In this document: positions 25,866-35,952 of the stretch, piece by piece
Layout: every line of letters begins with the position of its first letter
Numbering within the stretch: position 1 is the stretch's first letter
Assembly (NCBI GenBank): GCA_043758265.1
Contig: JAYVNV010000206.1
Span: 1 to 54,710, forward strand
Source: Acidimicrobiaceae bacterium
GTDB taxonomy: Bacteria; Actinomycetota; Acidimicrobiia; Acidimicrobiales; RAAP-2
Direction: 5' to 3'
DNA length: 54,710 bases
Notes under the pieces: generated by a model
The model's database searches: none
The model's input: the letters and a program-made list of their open reading frames with translations, nothing else
Told to the model about the DNA's origin: nothing
Position numbers and translations under genes: made by a program

Positions 25866-28325
25866 TTATCGGCGACGCGGTCGCGGACTACGACGCCCAC
25901 CACCTTCACCGTCGGAGAAGGTCGGACCGCCGGGGCCGAGGTCGCCAATCTCGCCGGCCAGTTCGGCCTCGAAGGCGGCCTCGAACGACGAGGCGGCCGG
26001 TGGACGCGATGGCGATTCACTGTCGCGCGGCGCGCTGTCACGCGGTGCGCGCCCACGCGGACCACGGTCACGGTCACGCTCGCCACCCTCACGGGGGGGA
26101 CGTGGCGCACGCGGCGCAGCGTCAGCCGCGTCGGCGAACTCGCCGGCCAGTGACAGCGAGACCTTGCCCTGAGGGTCAATGTCGTCGACCTTGACTTCGA
26201 TTGCCTGACCGAGTTCGAGGACGTCCTCAACCTGGCCAATACGCTTTCCGTCATTGAGCGGCGCCATTTTGGAGATGTGCAAGAGGCCGTCGCGCCCTGG
26301 CATGATGCTCACGAACGCGCCGAACTTGGCGAGATTCACGACGCGGCCCTGGTAGGTCGCACCGACCTCTGGCGTGGGCGGATCGAGGATCATCTCGATG
26401 CGACGACGGGCCTCTTCAACGGCTCGGCCGTCCTTGGCACCGATGGTGACCGTGCCGACGACACCGTCGTCGTCAACGGCGATGTCCGCGCCGGTCTCTT
26501 GCTGAAGGGTGTTGATGACCTTGCCCTTGGGTCCGATGACCTCACCAATCTTGTCGATCGGGATCTCGATGGAGACAATCTTTGGCGCCACCTCGGCGAC
26601 CTGACTACGCGGTTCGCCGATGGTGTTGGTCAAGACGGTGAGAATCGCGAGACGCGCCTCCTTGGCCTGGTGCAGCGCCTTCGAGAGGACATCGGCCGGG
26701 AGACCATCGATCTTCGTGTCGAGCTGCAACGCCGTCACCGCGTCAGCGGTACCGGCGACCTTGAAGTCCATGTCGCCGAACGCGTCCTCGGCTCCGAGGA
26801 TGTCGGTGAGCGTCACGTAGGTTCCCCCCTCGTAGACGAGCCCCATTGCGATGCCTGCGACGGGCGCCTTGATCGGCACACCGGCCGCCATCAGCGACAG
26901 TGTCGAACCACAGACCGACGCCATTGACGTCGACCCATTGGACTGCATGACGTCTGAAACGACGCGCAGCGTGTACGCGAACTCCTCCTGGCTCGGCAGG
27001 ACGGGGATCAGCGCGCGCTCGGCCAACATGCCGTGGCCGACTTCGCGGCGCTTGGGCATGCCCACGCGACCAGTCTCACCGACCGAGTAGGGCGGGAAGT
27101 TGTAGTGGTGCATGTATCGGCGCCACTCGTCGGGTCCGATCGTGTCGAGCTGCTGGCGCATACGGGGCATGCCGAGCGTCGTCACGTTGACGACCTGGGT
27201 CTCACCTCGTTGGAAAAGCGCCGAGCCGTGCGTCATCGGGAAGAGGTCAATCTCGGCGGAGAGCGGACGGATGTCGGTGACACCGCGTCCGTCAATGCGA
27301 ACGCCCTCTTCGACAATGCGCCGGCGAACGATGTTCTTGGTGGCCGCCTTGACAGCCGCCTTGATCTCGCCGAGGCGGTTCGGGAACTCGTCCTTCAAAT
27401 GCTCGATGATTGACGAGGTCGCGACGTCAAGCGCCTCGTTACGCGCGGTCTTGGTCGTCAGCTTGTTCGCCTCCGTCAGTGATGTGGCGCCCATGGCCTC
27501 CACGCTCGTGTAGACGTCGTCTTGGAAGTCCGAGACTGTCTCGTAGGCCATGGCCTTGATCGGGCCACGCGCGGCGACGAAGTTCTTCACCATCTCGCGT
27601 TGCAGGTTGATTGACTCGCGAATCCACAGCTTCGAGGCCTCGAGGCCGGCAGACAGGACATCCTCACTGACCTTGGGCGCGCCGTCGGCGTACTTCTCGA
27701 ACGACCCCTCAGTGCCACCGGCCTCCACCATCATGATGGCGATGTCGGTGTCGGTGTCGTCGCTCAGTGCACGACCGGCCACGACCAACTCGAAGGTCGC
27801 GGCGTCGCCTTCTTGGTACGTCGGGTGCGGCGCCCACTCACCGTCGGTGGTGTAAGCCATGCGCACGGCGCCGATCGGCCCCTCAAAGGGGATGCCCGAG
27901 ATCATCAACGCGGCCGAGGCGGCGTTGATGGCGAGCACGTCGTACGGGTTCTCCTGGTCGGCACTGAAGATCGTGCCGACAACCTGAACCTCATTGCGAA
28001 AGCCCTTCGGGAACGAGGGGCGAAGCGGTCGGTCGATCAGGCGACAGGTAAGGACCGCCTGGTCCGAGGGCTTACCTTCACGACGAAAGAAGGCACCGGG
28101 GATCTTGCCCGCGGCGTACGCCCGCTCTTCGATGTCGACCGTGAGCGGGAAGAAGTCAATCCCCTCGCGCACGGATTTGGCCGCCGCGACAGTCGCGATC
28201 AGCATGGTGTCGCCGAGGCGGGCCACGATGGCTCCGTCGGCTAGTTGGGCCAGATGGCCCGCCTCGAAACTCAAGGTCTTGTCGGTGCCCGTTATCGGGC
28301 TACTTACGCGAATCGCGTCAGTCAT
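25866..28325 (-). CDS. pnp: Polyribonucleotide nucleotidyltransferase (PNPase)
   Basis: FFPLTVD, RLIDRPLRP, HGSALFQRGETQ, SNGSTSMASVC, GDMDFKVAG; KH and S1 domains; long C-terminal tail. Confidence 0.97.
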   Translation of the reverse strand: MTDAIRVSSPITGTDKTLSFEAGHLAQLADGAIVARLGDTMLIATVAAAKSVREGIDFFPLTVDIEERAYAAGKIPGAFFRREGKPSDQAVLTCRLIDRPLRPSFPKGFRNEVQVVGTIFSADQENPYDVLAINAASAALMISGIPFEGPIGAVRMAYTTDGEWAPHPTYQEGDAATFELVVAGRALSDDTDTDIAIMMVEAGGTEGSFEKYADGAPKVSEDVLSAGLEASKLWIRESINLQREMVKNFVAARGPIKAMAYETVSDFQDDVYTSVEAMGATSLTEANKLTTKTARNEALDVATSSIIEHLKDEFPNRLGEIKAAVKAATKNIVRRRIVEEGVRIDGRGVTDIRPLSAEIDLFPMTHGSALFQRGETQVVNVTTLGMPRMRQQLDTIGPDEWRRYMHHYNFPPYSVGETGRVGMPKRREVGHGMLAERALIPVLPSQEEFAYTLRVVSDVMQSNGSTSMASVCGSTLSLMAAGVPIKAPVAGIAMGLVYEGGTYVTLTDILGAEDAFGDMDFKVAGTADAVTALQLDTKIDGLPADVLSKALHQAKEARLAILTVLTNTIGEPRSQVAEVAPKIVSIEIPIDKIGEVIGPKGKVINTLQQETGADIAVDDDGVVGTVTIGAKDGRAVEEARRRIEMILDPPTPEVGATYQGRVVNLAKFGAFVSIMPGRDGLLHISKMAPLNDGKRIGQVEDVLELGQAIEVKVDDIDPQGKVSLSLAGEFADAADAAPRAPRPPREGGERDRDRGPRGRAPRDSAPRDSESPSRPPAASSFEAAFEAELAGEIGDLGPGGPTFSDGEGGGRRSPRPRRR

Positions 28326-28347
28326 GGAATTGCTCCTATTTGGTTAG

Positions 28348-28430
28348 CAACACTCCGCCCGGATCCCAGTGGGCAACCTTCGCGTAGTCGCGACTGTTCT
28401 CCACTGGCCTCCGAGGCTTCGGATATGTTG
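28348..28430 (-). promoter_or_regulatory. Long imperfect hairpin in the pnp 5' leader (RNase III-type substrate)
   Basis: Nested pairings caacau/guguug, uccg/cgga, gccucgga/uccgggc, ccagugg/ccacugg and ucgcg/cgcga. Confidence 0.6.
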
Positions 28431-28431
28431 A

Positions 28432-28454
28432 GCTCGTCGACGGCGTCGACGGGC
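28432..28454 (-). terminator. Short hairpin just after the rpsO stop
   Basis: cgtcgac-ggc-gtcgacg with flanking pairs; no U tract. Confidence 0.4.
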
Positions 28455-28461
28455 ATCTCGG

Positions 28462-28719
28462 TTAGCGACGAATGCCGAGACGGCCGATCAAAGCGCGGTA
28501 GCGCTCGACATTGCCGTTCTGCACGTAATCGAGCAGACGGCGACGTTGGCCAATGAGCTTCATGAGTCCACGGCGCGTGTGATGATCGCCCTTGTGAACC
28601 TTGAGGTGCTCGGTGAGGTGCGAGATCCGGTCCGTGAGGAGTGCCACTTGGACCTCGGGTGAACCCGTGTCCGTGGCGTGCGCCTGATAGTCCTTGATGA
28701 TCTGTTGCTTCTCAGCCAT
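28462..28719 (-). CDS. rpsO: 30S ribosomal protein S15
   Basis: [13 protein letters not shown] and [11 protein letters not shown]. Confidence 0.97.
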   Translation of the reverse strand: MAEKQQIIKDYQAHATDTGSPEVQVALLTDRISHLTEHLKVHKGDHHTRRGLMKLIGQRRRLLDYVQNGNVERYRALIGRLGIRR

Positions 28720-28730
28720 AACGTTGTGTG

Positions 28731-28814
28731 CCTTATGAGTCGGATGTCCCGTTGCGAATCGCCTACGTGACGACCCACATGATCAGCGTCGCTGACCGAA
28801 CACCTATTCTAGCA
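28731..28814 (-). promoter_or_regulatory. rpsO promoter (extended -10) and structured leader
   Basis: TGC-TAGAAT at 28814-28806; helix ugugggucg/cgacucaua (28779-28734) abuts a weak AAGG SD. Confidence 0.5.
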
Positions 28815-29757
28815 GCGCTGAGGACTCGGGCGAGAATTTCTTGAAAATCTCAACTGTTTCATCGACGTCGCAACCAATCTGCGCGACCAAGGCCGCCACG
28901 TCATTGAAGGACGACTCACCGCGCAGGCGTTGCAGGAACGCGACGTCGAGGTGTTGGTCGTAGAGATCACCGCTGTAGTTAATGACGTGGACCTCAACGA
29001 GGAGCGGGCCGTGCTCGTAGAACTGGGGACGGGTGCCCACCGAGATCGCAGCCGGCCGCCAGATCCGATCGGGTCCGCGCGCGGCGCCGGCGTAGATCGC
29101 GATCGCGGGACTCTGCTGGTCCGCGTTCAAGACCAGATTGGCGGTCGCGTAGCCGAGCTCTCTGCCTCGGCCGTCACCGTGACCAACAGTGCCCCGCAGC
29201 GCGAAGGCCCGACCGAGCGTCGCCGCCGCCCGCTCGACGTCACCTGCGTTAAGAGCCTCTCGAACGTTCGTCGAGCTCCAACGCGTTGGCGTGCCGTGAA
29301 TTGGCGACGGATGAACCTCGAAGCCGTAGCGTTCGCCCGCGGACTCGAGCAGAGCGACGTCGCCGCGGCGCTCGTGCCCGAAACGAAAATCGCGACCGAC
29401 AACGACGTCCACGACGTGCAGCTCATTCACCAGGACGCGCTCGATGAACGCGTTCGCCGACTCGTGCGCCAACGCCTGATTAAAGGTGAGAATCCTCACT
29501 CGGTCGACGCCGAGCAACGCCAGTCCCTCGAGTCGTTGCTCGAGAGTTTCGAGCAGCAACGGTGCGCGGTCAGGTGCGAGAACCGTGGCCGGGTGGGGAT
29601 CGAAGGTGAGTACCGTCGCCGCGGCGAGGTGTCGTTCGGCCAACTCTCGAAGCGACAAAATGACCTTCTGGTGCCCGAGGTGCAAACCGTCGAAGACGCC
29701 GATTGCCACGGCCGTTGGGCCCTCGAGCGTCGCGTCTTCATCGCGCAGAACGATCAT
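28804..29757 (-). CDS. ribF: Bifunctional riboflavin kinase/FAD synthetase
   Basis: GVFDGLHLGH, TFDPHP, DFRFG, GRGRELGYATANL and VEVH. Confidence 0.95.
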   Translation of the reverse strand: MIVLRDEDATLEGPTAVAIGVFDGLHLGHQKVILSLRELAERHLAAATVLTFDPHPATVLAPDRAPLLLETLEQRLEGLALLGVDRVRILTFNQALAHESANAFIERVLVNELHVVDVVVGRDFRFGHERRGDVALLESAGERYGFEVHPSPIHGTPTRWSSTNVREALNAGDVERAAATLGRAFALRGTVGHGDGRGRELGYATANLVLNADQQSPAIAIYAGAARGPDRIWRPAAISVGTRPQFYEHGPLLVEVHVINYSGDLYDQHLDVAFLQRLRGESSFNDVAALVAQIGCDVDETVEIFKKFSPESSALLE

Positions 29758-29766
29758 GCCAGCAAC

Positions 29767-30669
29767 CTACCCGCGCGCCTGAGCGATCGTTGGCGGCAAC
29801 ACGAGCTGGGGCTGCCACGTCTCGCCGCGACGTCGAAGTACGCCGATGAGATCGCCCGAACTCGTCAGCGCGGCGATCTCCGAGTCCTTAAACGTGGCGG
29901 ACGTGCTGAGGCGCTGGCCCATGCGAACTTTTCGTTCATCGTCGACCGTGAGTTCGATGCGCTCCAGCGATGTAACAAAGTCGAGCGGCGGCCGTAGCAC
30001 CGCACGCCCCTCGCCGACCAACGCCGTCAACTGCTCAAGCGTCACGGCGTCCTGCACGCGGTGCGCACCACTCGCGACGCGGCGCAGCGCGACCAGGTGA
30101 CCAACGGTGCCGAGGCGCAGCGCGAGGTCGCTGAGCAACACGCGCACGTACGTGCCGACCGAGCTCTCAACGTCGAAGGTCCAGACGTCGCCGTCGCCGG
30201 TTGCCTCGAGCGTGAATTGGCGCACGGTGATGTCACGAGGGGCCCGTTCGACCTCGACGCCCTGACGGGCCAATTCGTGCAGTCGCTTACCGGCGACCTT
30301 CAGGGCCGAGACCATCGGCGGCGTCTGACGTTGGGCACCGGTCATGGACAGGGCGACAGCGTTCATCTCCACGCTCGATATCGTCGGGATCGGCCCCTCC
30401 GCAATCGGCGCGCCGTCCGCGTCGTGTGAATCGGTGGCGACGCCGAACTTGACGGCGCCGGTGTAACGCTTGACCTCGGACTGGGCGAATCGCAGCAGCC
30501 GCGTCGAGGGGCCGACGGCGAGGACGAGGAGGCCGGTCGCCATCGGGTCGAGCGTGCCGGCGTGACCGACCTTCTTCTCGTGCAGGGTCTTTCGCACCGC
30601 GGCAACCACGTCGTGGCTCGTCAGTGCGCGTGGCTTGTCGACCAGCAGCAGGCCGCTAGTCGTCGTCAT
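29767..30669 (-). CDS. truB: tRNA pseudouridine(55) synthase
   Basis: DKP..TSHDVV, GHAGTLDPMATG, PPMVSALK and GTYVR. Confidence 0.96.
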   Translation of the reverse strand: MTTTSGLLLVDKPRALTSHDVVAAVRKTLHEKKVGHAGTLDPMATGLLVLAVGPSTRLLRFAQSEVKRYTGAVKFGVATDSHDADGAPIAEGPIPTISSVEMNAVALSMTGAQRQTPPMVSALKVAGKRLHELARQGVEVERAPRDITVRQFTLEATGDGDVWTFDVESSVGTYVRVLLSDLALRLGTVGHLVALRRVASGAHRVQDAVTLEQLTALVGEGRAVLRPPLDFVTSLERIELTVDDERKVRMGQRLSTSATFKDSEIAALTSSGDLIGVLRRRGETWQPQLVLPPTIAQARG

Positions 30670-31018
30670 GGTTGTAGCGGCGGATAATTTTCTCGACCGC
30701 CTCGCCGCTGGCCACGGCCGGGTCGGCCTTAAACGTGAGCTTGGGCGTGCGCTTAAATCGTGTCTGTACGTTGACGGCCGACTGGATCTGGGCCCGACGC
30801 TCCTCGAGTGCGACCTGCGCCTCGGGGTTCAGCGAGTCGAAGAACACCAACGCCTGACGCAGGTCCTGGGTCGTCTCGACGCCCGTGACGGTGAGAATTC
30901 CGATCCGGTCATCGATGTCCGAGATACGCGTCAGTTCGTCCGAGATCACCTCACGCAGAATCTGATTGACCCGCGCCGAGCGCGGGTAGGGATGATGACT
31001 ACCGGAGGAGCGGGCCAT
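30656..31018 (-). CDS. rbfA: Ribosome-binding factor A
   Basis: RSARVNQILREVIS, TVTGVE..DL and KRTPKLTFKAD; directly after infB. Confidence 0.92.
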   Translation of the reverse strand: MARSSGSHHPYPRSARVNQILREVISDELTRISDIDDRIGILTVTGVETTQDLRQALVFFDSLNPEAQVALEERRAQIQSAVNVQTRFKRTPKLTFKADPAVASGEAVEKIIRRYNHDDD

Positions 31019-31021
31019 GCG

Positions 31022-33769
31022 TTAGGCCGTTCTTGGGATCTCGCGCTCTTCGAAGGTTTCGATAATGTCGCCGGACTTGAGGTCCTGGTAGTCGGAGAGG
31101 CCGATACCGCACTCGAAGCCAGACTGCACCTCGCGCGCGTCGTCCTTGAATCGACGAAGCGACGTGACCGAGCCCTTCCAGATGATTGTTCCCTCGCGCA
31201 AGAATCGAACCTTGGATCCGCGCGTGATGACACCGTCGCGCACGAAGCACCCGGCGATTGCACCGATCTTGGGAACGCGGAAGACCTCGCGCACCTCGGC
31301 TTCACCGGTGACGATCTCTTCGAAGACCGGTGAGAGAAGTCCGAGCATCGCGGCCTCGATCTCCTCGATCAGCTTGTAGATAATCTCGTAGGTTCGGATC
31401 TGGACAGCTTCACTCTCACTCAGGTCGCGGCTGCGCTTGTCTGGTCGAACGTTAAACCCGATGATTGTGGCGTTACTCGCCTTGGCCAACTGCACGTCGT
31501 TCTCGGTGATGCCACCGACGCCGCGATGCACGATGACGAGCTTCACGTCTTCGCGCTCGAGCTTTCGTAGTGACTCGGTGCAAGCCTCCAACGAACCCTG
31601 CACGTCGGCCTTCAACACGATGTTGAGCGTCGCCGTCTCGCCGCGCTGGATCTGCTCGAAGAGGTCCTCCAGACGCGCCCCACTGGTCGACGCGACCGGC
31701 TGGTGACCGATCAGTCGCGCGCGCTGGGCGCGGGCCTCGGCCAGCGAACGCGCGTGGGCGAGGTCGTGCGCGACTCGCATCTCGTCACCGGCGAAGGGTG
31801 GCTCGCTGAAGCCGAGGATCTGCACCGGCGTCGACGGGCCGGCCGACTTGATCTGCTTGCCCTGGTCGTTGATGAGCGCCTTTACCTTGCCGTAGGCGGC
31901 GCCGGCGACGACGGGGTCACCTACCGCCAGTAGTCCCTTTTGGACCATGACGGTGGCGACCGGACCTCGTCCGACCTCAAGGTTCGCCTCGAGCACGGTG
32001 CCTACGGCACGACCGGTCGGTCGAGCGATTAGCTCGGCCAACTCCGCGACGAGGAGCACCTGCTCTAGGAGATCGTCGATGCCGGCGCCCTGAAGTGCCG
32101 ATATCTCGACGCAGATCGTGTCGCCGCCCCACTTCTCGGGGACGAGACCATGCTCGCTGAGCTGTTGGAGCACGCGGTCGGGGTTGGCGTCGGCCTTGTC
32201 CATTTTGTTGACGGCCACGATGAGTGGCACGTCGGCGGCCTTGGCGTGATTGATCGCCTCGATTGTCTGGGGCATGACGCCATCGTCGGCCGCGACTACG
32301 AGGATGATGATGTCAGTCACTTTGGCGCCACGCGCACGCATCGCGGTGAACGCCTCGTGGCCCGGTGTATCGATGAAGGCAATCGACTTGCCCTGCCACA
32401 TCACCTTGTACGCGCCAATGTGCTGGGTGATACCACCGGCCTCGCCGGCGACGACGTCGGTCTTTCGAATCTTGTCGAGTAACAGGGTCTTGCCGTGGTC
32501 GACGTGGCCCATCACGGTCACCACGGGCGGACGCGGTGCCGCGGGGATGACGTCGTCTTGATCGTCCTCCTCGAAGAACTTGGCCAGCAGCGCGGCCTCC
32601 TGCTGCTCACCTGGGTCAACGAGGTGCACCACGGCTCCGACTTCGGCGGCGTAGAGCTCGATCATGTCGTCGCTCAGGCTCTGCACGGCCGTGACGATCT
32701 CACCCTGCAAGAAGAGGAAGCGCATAATGTCGGCCGCGCTGCGGTTGAGCTTGGGTCCAACATCCTTCGCCGTCGAGCCGCGCTCGATGATTACTTCACC
32801 CTCGGGCACCGGCAGACTGCTCGGCTGCCACGTGGTCATCTGCGTCGGCTCGAGCTCTTCGACGTTACGCCGTCGCCGACGCGTGGCCTTTCGCTGCGAT
32901 CCGCGAGGGCCACCACTACCGCGACTCGGCGGGCCACCCCGGTTGGGGCCTCCGGGGGCGCCAGTCGTGCTGCCCGGGCGTGAACCAGCGAAGCCTCCGC
33001 CGGTGCCTCCCGGGCGCGAGGTCGGTCCACCGGTGCGTGGGGCGCCGACATTGGTGCGAGCACCCATCGGCCGGGGACCACCGGGTCCAGTCGGACGCGG
33101 ACTTGCGCCGGGGATTGGACGGCGCGCGCCCGGGGGTGGCGGGATCGGTCGGCCAGTCGCGCTGAGCGGGCGACCGGGCGGTGGCGGGATTGGTCGGCCG
33201 GTTGAACTGAGCGGCGGACGAGTAGACGCAGCGCCACCCTCGCCGGCCTCGCCGGAGGCGGAACGCTGGGTTGGACGGATCGTCGTAGGTCCGTCGGGTG
33301 ACACAATGCGCGTCGGCGCGGGCTTGGGGGGCGCGACGCTACTGCGAACGTTTTTGGGCGCGGCCACGGCGGCCGGGTCGGCAACGGAAGTTGACGGCGC
33401 GTCAACGAGTGCAGGCTCCGCGGGTGAGGGCGCTGGCGTGGTGACGCGGCTTACGCGCAGCGCGGGTGGCGCAGCGACGTCAACCTCCTTGATTGGAGCG
33501 GCCAACGCGGGTTCGGTGGGGTTGGCGGCCTTGGTGGCCTTGGTGGCCTTGGTGGCCTTGGTGGCCTTCAAGGCCTCGGCCGGTGCGACGTCACGGCGCA
33601 GCCCGTCAGAGTCGGCGCGCCGGCGTATGCGGTCGGCCTGGGCGTCTTCAATCGAGGCCGAAGGGCTCGAAGCACCGATACCTAGTTTCTGAGCGAGTGT
33701 GAGCAACTCCTTGCTCGTGAGACCGAGTTCCTTGGAGAGCTCGTGCACTCGGATTTTCTTCTGGGCCAA
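31022..33769 (-). CDS. infB: Translation initiation factor IF-2
   Basis: [13 protein letters not shown]-terminus, [29 protein letters not shown]; TTG start at 33769 after AAGGGA (ORF-track start 33847 is too long). Confidence 0.97.
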   Translation of the reverse strand: MAQKKIRVHELSKELGLTSKELLTLAQKLGIGASSPSASIEDAQADRIRRRADSDGLRRDVAPAEALKATKATKATKATKAANPTEPALAAPIKEVDVAAPPALRVSRVTTPAPSPAEPALVDAPSTSVADPAAVAAPKNVRSSVAPPKPAPTRIVSPDGPTTIRPTQRSASGEAGEGGAASTRPPLSSTGRPIPPPPGRPLSATGRPIPPPPGARRPIPGASPRPTGPGGPRPMGARTNVGAPRTGGPTSRPGGTGGGFAGSRPGSTTGAPGGPNRGGPPSRGSGGPRGSQRKATRRRRRNVEELEPTQMTTWQPSSLPVPEGEVIIERGSTAKDVGPKLNRSAADIMRFLFLQGEIVTAVQSLSDDMIELYAAEVGAVVHLVDPGEQQEAALLAKFFEEDDQDDVIPAAPRPPVVTVMGHVDHGKTLLLDKIRKTDVVAGEAGGITQHIGAYKVMWQGKSIAFIDTPGHEAFTAMRARGAKVTDIIILVVAADDGVMPQTIEAINHAKAADVPLIVAVNKMDKADANPDRVLQQLSEHGLVPEKWGGDTICVEISALQGAGIDDLLEQVLLVAELAELIARPTGRAVGTVLEANLEVGRGPVATVMVQKGLLAVGDPVVAGAAYGKVKALINDQGKQIKSAGPSTPVQILGFSEPPFAGDEMRVAHDLAHARSLAEARAQRARLIGHQPVASTSGARLEDLFEQIQRGETATLNIVLKADVQGSLEACTESLRKLEREDVKLVIVHRGVGGITENDVQLAKASNATIIGFNVRPDKRSRDLSESEAVQIRTYEIIYKLIEEIEAAMLGLLSPVFEEIVTGEAEVREVFRVPKIGAIAGCFVRDGVITRGSKVRFLREGTIIWKGSVTSLRRFKDDAREVQSGFECGIGLSDYQDLKSGDIIETFEEREIPRTA
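33527..33568. repeat. 9-bp tandem repeat (ggccttggt x4 plus partial) encoding KAT repeats in IF-2
   Basis: Exact repeats visible in the sequence. Confidence 0.9.
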
Positions 33770-33830
33770 AACATTCCCTTGCTTCTCGTGCTCACCGTGA
33801 ACACAGTTATCTATTCTTCCACAACCACCG

Positions 33831-34073
33831 TTATTCGAGACCGCCACCGACTGCTCGGCCTCGCAGGGGCTCCACGTCGAGTTCGCTTACGCCCGCGCGC
33901 AGCGCCCGAGCGACGTGCCTCGCCCGTAATTCCGGCCCACAGGCCAGACCTCGACACCACCAGATTCCACGACCGGTCCCGCGTCCGAGGTACCACGAAC
34001 CATCCGCGTTCCGTCCGGCACGGACCATCCCCGTGTCGTCGCGTCTCGTTTGACAGACGACACACGTACGCAC
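33831..34073 (-). CDS. ylxR: YlxR/DUF448 family RNA-binding protein
   Basis: (P)VRTCVVC...GRGIWWC...C pattern; between nusA and infB. Confidence 0.8.
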   Translation of the reverse strand: MRTCVVCQTRRDDTGMVRAGRNADGSWYLGRGTGRGIWWCRGLACGPELRARHVARALRAGVSELDVEPLRGRAVGGGLE

Positions 34074-34078
34074 CGGTG

Positions 34079-35260
34079 CTATGCCTCGTCCCCCACGATC
34101 TCCTTGGTCATTTGCGCCGCTTTGGCTTCCTCGATCACTTCAACGACCACGATCTCTTGCGCGTCGCCGTCGCCGTCGGTGATGACCTCGTCGGCCACGG
34201 CCAGCGCACCGTCCGCATCGGCGACAGAAGTGACGATGTCGTCGACCACGACTTCACCGTCGGTCCAGACCTCCTCGACGACCACTTCTTCGAGTCCCTC
34301 GTTCTCCGAACGGATGTCGATTCGCCAACCGGTCAGTCGCGCGGCGAGGCGGGCATTTTGCCCCTCCTTGCCAATGGCGAGCGAGAGCTGCTGGTCGTGC
34401 ACGATGACCGTAGCAATCCCCTCAACCTCGTCGAGACGGACTTCACGCACCCGCGCCGGCTGCAGGGCCGACTGGATGAACTCGATTGGGTCGTCGCTGT
34501 AGGGCACGACATCGATGCGCTCGCTGCGCAGTTCATTCGTGATGTTGCGAACGCGGCTGCCCCGCGCGCCGACGCAGGCGCCGACCGGGTCGACCATGTG
34601 GTCATTGGACGCCACGGCGATCTTGCTGCGGTGACCCGGTTCACGGGCCAACGCCTTGATCTCGACGATGCCGTTGGCGATCTCGGGGACCTCGATCTCG
34701 AACAGCTTGGCGACGAGCGCCGGGTGCGTGCGACTAACGACAATCTGCGGGCCCTTGTTGGTCTTTCGAACTTCGACGATGTACACCTTGATGCGCGCGC
34801 CGTGCTCGTAGCGCTCGAAGGCAATCTGTTCGGCCTGGGGCAGCAGTGCCTCGACCCGCCCGAGGTCGAGCAACGTGTAACGATTGTCGTTCTGTTGGAC
34901 GGTGCCCGATACGATGTCGCCTTCGCGGTTAGCGAACTCCTCGTACATCTGGCGACGTTGGATGTCGCGGATCAGTTGCATTAGGACCTGCTTCGCCGTC
35001 TGGGCGGCGATGCGGCCGAAGTCCTCTGGCGTCGCGTCCCACTCGCGCGTGACGTTGCCCTCAAGGTCGAGTTCGAGACCCCACACCTTGATCTCGCCGG
35101 TCTCGGGATTGATCTCCACTTCGGCGTCCTCGGCCGAGTCGGGACGGCGCTTGTAGGCGGCGAGCAGGGCGTTCGCCAGTGCGATGAGTAGCTCTCCCTC
35201 GTCGATGTTCTGATCACGGGCAATCTGTCCCAGAGCTTCCAGGAATTCGAAGTTCGCCAT
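34079..35260 (-). CDS. nusA: Transcription factor NusA
   Basis: [13 protein letters not shown]1 domain, [38 protein letters not shown]; acidic tail. Confidence 0.97.
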   Translation of the reverse strand: MANFEFLEALGQIARDQNIDEGELLIALANALLAAYKRRPDSAEDAEVEINPETGEIKVWGLELDLEGNVTREWDATPEDFGRIAAQTAKQVLMQLIRDIQRRQMYEEFANREGDIVSGTVQQNDNRYTLLDLGRVEALLPQAEQIAFERYEHGARIKVYIVEVRKTNKGPQIVVSRTHPALVAKLFEIEVPEIANGIVEIKALAREPGHRSKIAVASNDHMVDPVGACVGARGSRVRNITNELRSERIDVVPYSDDPIEFIQSALQPARVREVRLDEVEGIATVIVHDQQLSLAIGKEGQNARLAARLTGWRIDIRSENEGLEEVVVEEVWTDGEVVVDDIVTSVADADGALAVADEVITDGDGDAQEIVVVEVIEEAKAAQMTKEIVGDEA

Positions 35261-35262
35261 AT

Positions 35263-35757
35263 CTAACCTTCCTTGCTCGTGGATGAAGTGGGCTTAGAAC
35301 GTGAGGGCGAAGGCTTGGCCTCGGCACCCCACGTGAAAACCGTTCGGGCGCGATCAATCGACTCGATCGCCACCGTCACTCGACCGTGCTCGGCGTCGTT
35401 GAGCGTGACACTCGTCTCGTCGGCCGCCAGGACCGTTCCCTCGAGGCGGCGAGTTGGCTCACCGCTACGAAGTTCGCGCAACGTCACGACCTCGCCGAGC
35501 GTTGAGATGAAGTGAGTCGGGGTGCGAAGACGGCGTTCGAGGCCCGGGCTCGAGACGTCGAGCGTGAATCGTCCCGCTATTGGATCGTGGACGTCCAGCC
35601 ACTCTGAAATCGCGCGATTGGCCTTGGTGAGGGCCTCGAGATCGACGCCACCTTGCTTAGTGAGTACGACGTTGAGTGTCCCCTTGACCATCTCGAGGTC
35701 ATAGAGGTCCAGTCCGAGATCAAAGAGCAGCGAGCGCAACGGTGTCTCCAGATCCAT
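35263..35757 (-). CDS. rimP: Ribosome maturation factor RimP
   Basis: GGVDLE and LDVSSPGLERRL; ATG at 35757 after GAGGAG. Confidence 0.93.
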   Translation of the reverse strand: MDLETPLRSLLFDLGLDLYDLEMVKGTLNVVLTKQGGVDLEALTKANRAISEWLDVHDPIAGRFTLDVSSPGLERRLRTPTHFISTLGEVVTLRELRSGEPTRRLEGTVLAADETSVTLNDAEHGRVTVAIESIDRARTVFTWGAEAKPSPSRSKPTSSTSKEG

Positions 35758-35789
35758 ATTGCTCCTCTCTGTGTCGTGTAGGACGTTCA

Positions 35790-35824
35790 GAGAAAGAAAA
35801 AGCGCGGGCCCGAGGCCCGCGCTT
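35790..35824 (-). terminator. rimP-leader terminator/attenuator
   Basis: - strand AAGCGCGGGCC-UCG-GGCCCGCGCUU then UUUCUUU; GGGC/GCCC stem upstream of rimP-nusA-infB. Confidence 0.8.
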
Positions 35825-35862
35825 AAACGAGTCCAAACGTCCTTTACGGACTGTGGGTAGTA

Positions 35863-35871
35863 ATCGTAGCA
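35863..35871 (-). promoter_or_regulatory. Extended -10 promoter of the rimP-nusA-infB operon
   Basis: TGC-TACGAT upstream of the leader terminator. Confidence 0.55.
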
Positions 35872-35952
35872 TTTCTCACCCCTGATGACAATCGCGAACT
35901 GTCCTCCGGGGGTCCGGAATTGACCGAAAATTGAGGCGTAGCGCCTCAACCT

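Noticed and set aside
28797-28810. CGAAC-ACCT-ATTCT SOS-like site upstream of rpsO
   Set aside because: Two mismatches; the right half is explained by the TAGAAT -10 and the ribF stop
33770-33847. ORF-track N-terminal extensions of infB (likewise lexA, dapF, EamA, rimP, ispG, regulator, kinase, phosphatase)
   Set aside because: Downstream starts have RBS, -10 or stop-overlap support and match family N-termini
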